NCBI GenBank assembly: GCA_964016885.1
Contig: OZ024740.1
Coordinates: 89,838,001-89,902,000 of the forward strand
Source: Eledone cirrhosa
Lineage: Eukaryota
Reading direction: 5' to 3'
DNA length: 64,000 bases
Within the stretch, counting starts at the first letter, position 1. Every line of letters begins with the position of its first letter. The notes under the pieces were generated by a model. That model did no database searches, was not told the DNA's origin, and was given only the letters and a program-made list of their open reading frames with translations. Of the stretch, positions 53,361 to 64,000 are shown piece after piece. The translations under genes were made by a program, and so were the position numbers.

Positions 53361-54174
53361 ATATGTGTATGTGTGCATGTGTGCGTGCATCTGTTTGCTA
53401 GCACTCATTAATATAGTTTTGTGTCAATATTTCAGGAATATAAATGCGCTGTATGCCCGCGTATATGATTCTACACATATATAAAATACAGGCCATTATT
53501 ACATCCATATATATATATAGTATATGCATATGTATACATATATTATACATGAAAGTTTCGTGCTCATAATCACGCATTTGAATAATAGTATGATGATATG
53601 AGCAGATTTGTATTATGTGAATTATTGAACTGATAATCAAATCATGTGAGTTATGAATGTACTCATTTGTTTATCTTCAAAGTTCCATGTCGACGAGCAT
53701 GCAATGAACATTCATCATTAATATCTTTAATTCTCTCGTGTTTCATTTCTTAGTTATATGTAAAACTTACAATTGTATAAGATATGCAATTTTACTAAAC
53801 TCAGTTTACAACCCATAATACACGATTACGTCAAATTGTCGCATTCTTGACTGTAATTCTTATTCTTAATTTGGACTTATATGAAAAGTTTTCGTTTCGA
53901 CACGATGTCTACAATATTACATGAACGTACAATCAGACTAATTACTTCGTTTTACCAAAATTCTGACTTTATTACTTTTGTGGTAACCTTAAGAACATGA
54001 AATAATTTGTGACTGATATTATTCAAAATTCTCTTTCTAATGTATTATAAATGAATTATTTTAATTAGTCAGTGATATCGAGAGAGTGTTATATATAAAA
54101 TACAACACACAATCCCACCTACAGCCTAAAACACACACGCACACACAGACACACACACACACATACATACAGAG

Positions 54175-54206
<32 letters not shown>

Positions 54207-54473
54207 GGAAAAGAATGAAACGAAATTTCATTTCTCACTCTTAGTACGGCTGATACCTAAATATAAGTATGTATACGTACATACATATATGTGTACAGAC
54301 GTACAGTAGTATGTATATATATATATACATACATGCACACACATATATATGTACGTATGGGTTTACCGAACATTTATTATAATGTTCGGTTTGTTTGTAA
54401 ACAAACAGCCCGTATTACGCCATACAGTGCTCGGCATCCATCGTCGCCCTTTTGTTCAACACTGACACAGGAA

Positions 54474-54516
54474 CGATGTACCAGTTTCAAGCTTATTAGC
54501 TATTCTCAGCATCGTA
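54474..54516 (-). ncRNA. Hammerhead motif with mutated core (CTGAGAA)
   Basis: Minus strand: ACGATG-CTGAGAA-tAGCT-aata-AGCTt-GAAA-CTGG-TA-CATCGT. Confidence 0.6.
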
Positions 54517-54734
54517 TACCATTCTGTCAGATGATTGAACATTTGAAAGTGTATACTTTCCTTATGCATATTAAGTGTGAGAAATGAAATTTCGTTTCAT
54601 TCTTTTCCATTTATCGTGTTCGGTACGACCGGCCGACTAACTCACTCGATATGCAAATAGGCTGCTCAGCCGTTAATATGCATAAGGAAAGTATATACTT
54701 TCAAACGTTCAATCATCTGACAGAAAGGTATACA

Positions 54735-54771
54735 GTGCTGACGATAGCTAATAAGCTTGAAACTAGTACAT
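54735..54771 (+). ncRNA. Minimal hammerhead ribozyme
   Basis: GTG-CTGACGA-tAGCT-aata-AGCTt-GAAA-CTAG-TA-CAT; palindromic stem III, GUA triplet. Confidence 0.78.
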
Positions 54772-55399
54772 CGTTCCTGTGTCAGTGTTGTACAAAAGGG
54801 CGACGATGGATGCCTAGCACTGTACGGCGTAATTCGGGCTGTTTGTTTACAAACAAACCGAACATTATAATAAATGTTCGGTAAATCCATACGTACATGT
54901 ATACATATGTGTGCTTGTATGTATATATATACATACATACTACTGTACGTATGTACGCATATATGTATGTACGTATACTTACTTATATTTATATATATAT
55001 ATATATATAAAATATGCTAGGTAAATTATTGCATATAAGCCAGAAAGAGAATTGTAATGAATGTTTTCGTAATGTGTTTCGAGTTAGAGGCGGAGTTTTG
55101 ACATGACATCAAGTAGATAAGTACATGTCGAGTATGAATGGATTTGAAATAGAATAGCCTGCTGACAAAATAAACTAGGAATAATTTTAACAGCACAACT
55201 TGTAAATATATTAACCAACTTGTCTTAAAATGTGTATTGATCACATATTAATCATTGCTTGATTCATTGTGCGCAAAAAAATCCCACCAGCACCTTACAT
55301 GCGCATTAAGCAGGTCAGTAACTTGAGATGAACCCAGCATGGATCACATGATTTTGTCTCTGTTGTATTTCAGCATCTCACGTTTGTGAATGTCAGCAC

Positions 55400-56570
55400 G
55401 TTCACCGGACGGTTAGCTCAAAGGCTTCAAATAACCGGTATGGTCCACATCGTTGGGCTTGCCGTCAACAATGATACTAAATCAAACTCTTTGCTGGTCA
55501 ATATCTAGTATCACGAAAACGTAACTATGTGTGACTCATTTGGACATAATTTTAGCGATCTTCAAAAACTGACCCTAACTCAGTTGTATTTTGGATTCTA
55601 GATAGACTCGTCCGAGTCAAATATCTTGAAGGTGACTTAGCGTCGCTCTGAATATGATACTGTGGCACTATGATTTCAATTATTTCTGACTGAGTTAGGC
55701 CATTCTCCGAATAAGGATGCCTATATAATCGTGCCACAAGTTATCTCGAAATCCTTACTAGAATGTTTCGAAACTAAATATCCTGACCCATTGAGAATGA
55801 TTGACAACATGCGCTACATCATTGCACATCCTGTGATTTTCTTCATGACTAACAGTTTGGAACTCCCAACCTTCTCTTTTCGATCTGTGTGACCAGTACA
55901 CATGGGTCGTATGAGCGAGCTCGATGCAAACTGCTCATTGTTGTTCAAATCTTACATGTAGTTGTCTGTCGATGTGAGTAACTTGAAATAGACGTTCAAC
56001 ATCTAGCTTACAATGGTTCCCCAACTTTCAAGTATATTTTTTCTCCAGATATATATTAACCAGAGAGATTCTCTACAGGGTTTTCGAAACAAGTTGGCAG
56101 GGAAATAATATAATGTCTAGGTTCTTACTTTGAAAATGGACTGTTTCACGAAGTATGAACGCTAACAACGCAACAGTGATGACATCAAATGCAGATATAT
56201 CTGAAGGAGGATCGATTACTGCATAGACCCACACCATCTCGACTTCTGTGGTCTTTATCCCAGCGCAACGGTGGCACAGGGATCAATTTGATTATTTCTT
56301 TCTCAACACATACACTATTGTTTGATGTGCTTACCTTTTCACAATGCTGCAATCGTATGCCTGGCACATCTGTGTAGACTCGGAAATCACGTATTGGAAC
56401 ATGGATCAAATTCATCCAATCGCTTGTCACCACAGTTACGTCGATTAAGTCGGTATGCTCTTTGTAGCAGAGGCATTTATTCACAAAGGAATTATGCATG
56501 CGTTGACACCAATGAAATAGTATGGATACAGATTTTATTATCGTACGCAACATACAACGAAACGACATCC
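55400..56570 (-). pseudogene. Possible highly decayed protocadherin-like relic (EC1-EC2-like in ORF 56185-56568)
   Basis: LCYKEHTDLIDVTVVTSDWMNLIHVPI and LIPVPPLRWDKDHRSRDGV loosely resemble LC..LDVxV..LIxVxI and IPxAxDxDxGxNGV; key DxNDN motifs are missing. Confidence 0.25.
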
Positions 56571-56724
56571 GCTTCCAGGCATTCCATGACGAATACTAAT
56601 CCGTGTATTGCTCCCTAACAAATGCAGAATGTTGGAAAATATACATTTACCTAGATTTGACTAGTCACTTTCTCTAAGGGCTCGTCAGCATCCAGCCATA
56701 GAATATCAAGATATACTTTGCAAC

Positions 56725-56762
56725 ATCGGAAATCCCACTTGCCGGCAAGCGGGATTTCCGAT
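56725..56762. repeat. 38-bp GC-rich near-perfect palindrome
   Basis: ATCGGAAATCCCACTTGCCGGCAAGCGGGATTTCCGAT, one mismatch. Confidence 0.9.
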
Positions 56763-57474
56763 TTTGGAACAAGCCATTTGCAGTTTAACGATTGAACACA
56801 TGACCTATTAATTGACATAATTTAGTGAGTAAATACTAATGTTTGACATCTTGCAAATAGAAAATGCATAATTCATGAATGTGTTGAAGCCCCTCTCACA
56901 CACACAAACCAGGTTCTGACTCACATAAATGTTATGTTTCCCACGTCATCTAAGATGACACATAGTCCCAAAATCCGAATGATGTATTGCCATATCTAAT
57001 TCGATTATCGCCACTAAATTCAACACTGAATACCCATGTGGCATTCAATGCTGCACACCCTGAGCATTACTTCAACACGACCATTTGGGTAAGTAAACAT
57101 AATTTCTAGAATCATTTCTTTGTCCATATCTAATTGGAAATGTTTTAGTAATATTAAATTAGTATGAACACATTGCATAGATATTGAGGGTTTCAGAAAT
57201 GAAAACATATCATGAACACAAAATAATCCCCCAGAATATAATAAGAAAACCAAACAGTTTAACATTTGATTCCACACGAAGACGGCATACTTAATGTTAC
57301 TTTATAGAAGTTACCGTGATTGCGGCTCAAACCTTAAATTGTTTTGAGTGAGTCTTTCTATTGAGTTTATACACTACACATTCATTCCTGTAGATATTCA
57401 ATAGAACAAATTCCGCATATTGTGTTGAGCTGCCTATATATCCGTCTCGTCACTCCTTTTTCTCCTTACACACT

Positions 57475-57512
<38 letters not shown>

Positions 57513-57533
57513 TACTCACACACACACACACAT

Positions 57534-57628
<95 letters not shown>

Positions 57629-58449
57629 TGTGCGTATAGTAAATTTTATTAATTGATAAAACAACAAGGCATTCAGATATTTATTTAAAGCTCGAATGTG
57701 GTATTTTCAATACCAGAATATCGAGATGCATTTAAACAAAATATCCACTTGGTATAGTTACGGTCATCTTAGATTTATGCAATAGTTATTTTTAGACACT
57801 ATATGCTTGCATGCACCTCGTAGTATTAACGTTAATAAAACTATATACCGAGGTTAAATTTGATTTTAACTTCAGTAAATAATACTATAAATGCACCAAT
57901 TACAGACTTGGATTATATCAACATCAGAATAGGACTGTTGATAATACCCGATAGAATAACCATTAGGAAAAGTATCGTTATAAACTTCTGGCAATTCTCA
58001 CCTTCCATAAACTTTAAAATAATTTGATTTACGTTTTGCGGCTGCAACCTGGTGATACGGACATATATTGATCGGTAACTAAATACTTTTTAATACGATA
58101 TATATATAAGTGATCCTCACGATTTCTTTATACGGGTATCGTAAATAATATCTATAGGGAATGAAATACGTTTAGATCAATTAAATAATGTATTAAGTAT
58201 TACACTTGCTGACCAATTCTTTGTTAATATGTATGTATATATATATATGTGTGTGCGTGTAGGTATATATGTATATGTGTATATATGTATATATGTATAT
58301 GTATATGTATATATGTATATACATGTATATATGTATATATGTATATATGTATATGTGTATATACACTATTTAGGCTTTAAGAAGTACATATTAAAAAAGT
58401 ACATATTAAATGACTAATTTTGTATTGATTTCTCCTCTCTCAGCGGTTA

Positions 58450-58982
58450 CCCACATACGGATATATATGAAACAAAGAATCATTAAAATTGAAGCAACTC
58501 AAACGTCAATTGCAACAAAGATAGGTGGCATAAGAGGCCCTGACTATTGGGGTCAACTAGAAAAGCTCAACCTTTATTCTCTACCACGTCGCTGTGAGCG
58601 CTACATTTTAATGATATGGAACATATTCCATCAGCGTTGCCCAAATGATATTGGCATAAACTTTAAGGTACACCCAAGGCTTTTGCCACGTGCTATTCAC
58701 CCACGACAAAGATCACACTCTCATCTCATAACAACAATACGGCACTATTATTTCACCTTAATTGGCCTCACTCTCTTTAGCATTACACCAAAATGCATTA
58801 AAATGGAAACAGACCCCATAAAATTCAAGAAGTCTTTGAACAAATTCCTTCAAGATACCCATGATAAATCTACTACCCGGGATATATTTCCGTAAACAAT
58901 AACTCCCTTATTTGAAAGACTTCGCCAGATGGTGTAAGACATGGCCTGGCCAATACTGTTCGAAAACTATCAAAAGTTATCA
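58450..58982 (+). mobile_element. CR1/L2-type LINE 3' fragment (ORF2 C-terminus and 3' UTR)
   Basis: KIEATQ..ATKIGGIR..DYWGQLEKLNLYSL.RRCERY, LFSITPKCIK..FKKSLNKFL, typical post-RT region. Confidence 0.8.
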
Positions 58983-59699
58983 TATATATGTGTGTGTGTG
59001 TGCGTGCGTGTGTGTGTGTGCGTATGTGTGTGTGTGTGTGTGTGCGTGTGGGTGTGTGTATGTGTGTGTGTGTGTGTGTGTGCTAACTTAACTTACGTAA
59101 ACTAGGACAAGACAACGAAAGGAAATGAATCAAAACGAAACATATTTTTTTAAGGGGAAACCTTGAGGATTAAAAAAAATAAATATATAAACGAAGGACA
59201 TAGAACAACATGATCATCGGGATTTGAGATGGGATTAAGCAGTTTCAACTCCTACCGATGGTACTCTTGGTCCATCCCGTGCCTCATCGTCTGGAATTAA
59301 CCAAAAGCTGTCCAAAACAATCACGAAATACAATCATTAATATATAACTGTGAAGCTACGAAAATAACATATGAAAATAATATCTGCGTAAGATTTAAAG
59401 TGCACAATCGATTAATTGATTCATGTACAATTAATCAACCGTATTTTAAGACGTTTCATGAATATCTTCAATATATGAGTGGGTAATAAATTTATTTTGA
59501 ATGGTTATAGTGTTTGTATTAAACGCTATCCTTTTATTTTATACTTTATTTGCGCCGAAATCATTTGTCATAATATAGTGAAATGATTGATAATAAATTA
59601 TATGACATCTACACAATTTTGTTTTTCATTTTGCATTCTTTATTAAGATGCTATATGTATTTTAAGCATAATTAAAAATAAGATTGTTTAAGGAATGTA

Positions 59700-60200
59700 T
59701 ACTGACTGTTATGTTCGGTGTAGTTGTTGACCAGAAGGTGTTCCATGATCGAACAAAACATAAACGGAATAATCTTGACAAAATGACTGCGATTACATCG
59801 TCAATACGTTGTTCATTATGTTGTGGAAAGTTTGTGGCAGTTGGGTCATTGTGTTGAAGATGTAACAGCTATTTTATTTTAGACACTTCATTCTGATTGA
59901 TTCAGACTTCGGTAATTGGTATTGATTTTGATGGACTGTAAAGTCTTCTGATGCAGATCAACATAGAAATTATTCCGTGTTCGTAATTAGAAGACTTTTT
60001 CTACGTTTCATAACAAGAGCTCCGACTGGTTTCTTCTCCACAACAACGTTGCATGTTCTAGCTATGTAGAGAATATTTACTGATCTTTTATATCTGTTCA
60101 CAGTAACGTCTTTTACTGTACACCTAGAGGCGAGTACTCATCTGTTGGTGGTCACCAGAGAAATAAATCAATCACCCGTGCACAAGTCTGTGATGAGCAT
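59700..60200 (-). pseudogene. Possible highly decayed cadherin-repeat relic
   Basis: Minus-strand pieces TVKDVTVN, NVVVEKKPVGALVMK, EHGIIS, LFDHGTPS and TTTPNITVS in cadherin-like order, across frameshifts. Confidence 0.3.
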
Positions 60201-61922
60201 GTAATTCAGTCCGACATGTTAAAAAGCTTTACGTATGATATGTTAACCTCAGGGTGGATTGTACGTGCCGGGATGGCTGGATCTATTGAAAGACGCAATT
60301 GAAATGGCAATAGAATGTAAATATACCAATGTTCAAATCATGAGACGTGAGAGATATTTCTACTTTTAGAGGAATCACATTTAAATCACTCTAGTAAATG
60401 CAATGCAGGATATCAGGGAAACGAACGTAACGATATAGCCGATCCATTGCTGTCAACAAACAGTTTATAATGAAGAAAATAGTGACAGCATACGAATTTA
60501 CATTATATTTCATCACAGTCTTTCTTTAAAGTCTAAACAAAGTGTTGATGACTTTGAAGCTAGAAAGAACAGAAACAACAATAACATTCTCCAATTGACT
60601 TTCTACATCACATGAAATTAAACATTTTCCAATTAATATATCTTCGATTAAAAGTTGATACAAATGCCGGTAAGATATATTTCAGTGGCAATGTAGGTTT
60701 TTTTTTTTTTTTTATTATCTCACTTTTATTTCCCACACACACACATTTATATATCATGTATACGAGTCGAGATACAGAGAAATAGAATGATTTTTATATA
60801 CAACTGTATACAAACTAATGAAATAAGTTGGAATCTTAAGTTTCGGACGTTATATATTTGCATCAATGTATTTATATATGTTTAAACATTCAAAAGTTAT
60901 AACTTTTTGAAATTATATTATTTTAACTACGTATAACTGTGACGACACTAAATCTAAAGAATATCAATTATTTCTTCATTTCGTTTTGAAATTGTTGATA
61001 GAACACATTTGCGTATTATGTATATGTCTGATTTAAAATGGTACAGTTTTATAGCTGGATGTCGCGTTCGAAGTGTAGACTTGATCAATTTAAATAATCA
61101 TCCCCGTGTTAATGCTCAATGTAGAAGTAATACGTACTGCACTCATGGTGCCAGTTTTTTTTTATTTTTGATGAATACTATCACACTTGAGTTGAAACGA
61201 AATTTCCATACTATTTATTTTCTTATGTTTCCGATCATTGAAATAAATGCGTTCTGCAAGTTGGGAAATTAAATCTTAGTGAATATAAGAATATATACTT
61301 AAATGCATTAGCTTTAGCTAATGCTCTCTTCGTCACTCCGGTGTTCCTTACTATGTAGAATCTTTCCTGCGATTAAAATGAATAACTCTTCTAAAATAAT
61401 ATTTGAACAAAGAACATTTTTCATGATTCGAAACTTTCACGGAAAGTTGTTTCATTAATATTTATCGATTATTCATTCCTATTTTTCTTTTTTTTTATTT
61501 TCAATAGAGTTTCCACAAACCTAGTATATGGCAAATGTAAATACCCTTTCTAATTTATTCATTAGAATCGTCTCGTAAACCAATGGAACCACGACAGGTG
61601 GAGCAGACCTGCGCCTACTCGCCAACCTAACGACTTAAACTTATATAAAATAATTAATACTAATAGAGTGCACCGACAGAATATAAGATGGAACTTTTTA
61701 AACATTTTTGAGACTAACAAACCAATCAGAATCGAATCCATTTAATGTAGAATTTATAAAGATATTAATTTTGCCAGATTAGAAGTGTCTTAACAGATAA
61801 TTCCACGATCATCCACTTTTACAATTTACCCAAATATATATATGTGTCTGTGTCAGAGAGCGTGTGTATATGCGCGTGTGCGTGTGTTTCTGTGCATGTG
61901 GTTTGTGTGTGTGTGTAAATAC

Positions 61923-61997
<75 letters not shown>

Positions 61998-64000
61998 TCA
62001 ATAAGTTAACAAATCATTGATAGATATGAGAGATATATAACAGTTGAACACATATCACATGAGTTGATAATACAAGCACTGTATACTTCCATTTGATGTA
62101 TCAACTCTATGTAGAATTGTACAATAATTTTAAAAGCTATAATTATGAATATATATGTAAAACACCTGGGATTACTGATATTATTCTACATTATATTAGC
62201 AAGTAAATAAATATGAAATTTAAGTGATAGATGGAACGCTCTCTATTCGGTGAAATTGACATCACGTTCACTAAGTGTTTAGCAAGTAATTAAGGAAAAC
62301 TAACATTAATTTTAGTAGCAGCTACGCATCATCAAAGCCAGAGTATTAAGACAAGTCGCAGCAAAGAGACAAAGATATAAAGAGAGATAAGAGTGGGGAA
62401 AAAATGAGAGATAGAAAATCAGAGTCAGAATGGGCCATGTGAATGGAATATCACACAGAAGCATCTATTGATATCAAATGCACTTTAATCTAACTGAAAT
62501 GTAGATTAAAGTTTATTTTTATTAGAGGTGGTGCAATTAAAATTAAATTAGTTTTCACTGGTTGGAATTCACTGTAGATAACCTGTCAAACCGTAAAAGT
62601 TTTATAGGCAATGAATCTACAGAGAAATGCTATGTAAAGAAACTATACAACCCTACCTTTCATGTTTGTAACGTACTTACATCAAATATCAATCAAAAGC
62701 TAAATTGATATTACCTCCTTAAAGTATCGATTTCTGCTGGTTTCTGCAGGCATTAATGCGTTAAACAAGTCCAGGGAAGTTCAACTGAAATCGAATTTCA
62801 TGATTTCCGAGGCGGCATCGACAGATTTCCTTTTCAGATATTTGAAAATGTATACGTGAATGAATTGTAAGCTAGACTGCCCAATTACGATTAACCACGC
62901 AATTAATCAGTTAAGTTATTAACTTTCAAGAACTAATCGGATTTCGGTTTGCGAAAGCCAAACCATTCGAGTATCAAAATCTAATATATGAATATAAATC
63001 ATGTATGTAGTAAGAGATATAATGAGTGGTAATCAGATTTGAAATAAAATGTAACAACAGTATATGTGATAAGAAAAAAAAATATATTTCAGAAAACGAT
63101 GATATTTAGGGATTATATTGATATCTATAATATGCAGATGTGCATATTTATGTATACCTGTATATTTAGTTAATTTATCAGGTTATTAATATGGAATGAA
63201 AACAATGATTATGACCTACGTATTTACTTCATGTAGAAAGAAAAAATTCGCTCTGTTTAATAATACTATTCCATGGAGATAAAGGACATTGTCGATAATT
63301 AATTTCAAGGAATAAAATAAAACACATTGCGAAATACATTAAGAGAATTGTGTATGTGCTATAATTATTTACTGCAGACAGAACAATACTAAAATAAGAT
63401 TAAACTAGTGGAACCTTCGCTTCAAGTATTAGTGTCTGATTAAATGTGCTTAAACAAATGTACATTAATGTTATTGCACATTAAACCCGATTTATCGCAT
63501 TGATCAAAATATTTCTACTCGGTTCTCATCTTTTTTGGGGGGTGGAGAGAAAAAGAAGCTTTAATTATATGGAGTAAGAATAATCTACAATCAATGTGAA
63601 CTATAGTTTAAAACATTGACAATTTCATTGGCTGGTAAATAATTTACGCCACAAAAGGATTCAGTAAACTGCTATGTTGATTACAAATATAATGAAGACA
63701 CATTTTATTGGTTATATATAAAAGGAAAGTTATAAGTTTCACGAAATACACTGACGACAAGACAGAGATTGATTACCACATTATTATATACTAACTCAAT
63801 AGATGTAGTGTTTTATAGCGATATAATTGCACAGAGCAAGATAGTTACGGTCATACACGGACAGTCAGTGTATCTTTTTCAGTTTACAATTCGGTCGCCA
63901 TATCTCTAGCAGTGTGCATACACACAGACACACATACCTATATACGTTTATGTTTTACTAAGTATAAGTGATGATATAATTAAGGTTAAATCTGACGAAA

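Larger units (their letters stand above)
54207..54990. mobile_element. Head-to-head pair of 3' UTRs of the 38160-39280 PLE family
   Basis: Minus arm 54207-54574 and plus arm 54572-54990 both align to 38800-39278; (TA)n flanks. Confidence 0.88.

Noticed and set aside
54528-54562. CAGATGA...GAAAGTGTATACTTTC as a hammerhead
   Set aside because: No stem I pairing; the family's real motif is at 54735-54771

Overview
AT-rich, repeat-dense eukaryotic DNA with no intact host gene visible. The SINE family and extreme (TA)n/(CA)n/(GA)n density suggest a coleoid cephalopod (Octopus-like); this is inference. The window is dominated by decayed retroelements: many Penelope-like element (PLE) copies from several families (RT and GIY-YIG remnants, including Naiad-like and Neptune-like types), two RTE-clade LINE pieces, one CR1/L2-type LINE tail and about five tRNA-derived SINE copies. 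Main observations: (1) PLE 3' ends nearly always run into (TA)n, and many insertions are head-to-head pairs with both 3' ends pointing outward, sometimes joined by microhomology; (2) well over a dozen type I hammerhead ribozyme motifs lie in these 3' ends, including a tandem 330-bp retrozyme-like repeat with a compensatory U3-A8 core and a lineage with a non-canonical CNGUUGA core and covarying stem II; (3) an RTE-RT/PLE-GIY-YIG in-frame chimera sits next to a 5'-intact, 3'-truncated RTE; (4) three minus-strand segments may be very old protocadherin relics (low confidence). All alignments and folds were done by eye, so boundaries are approximate.
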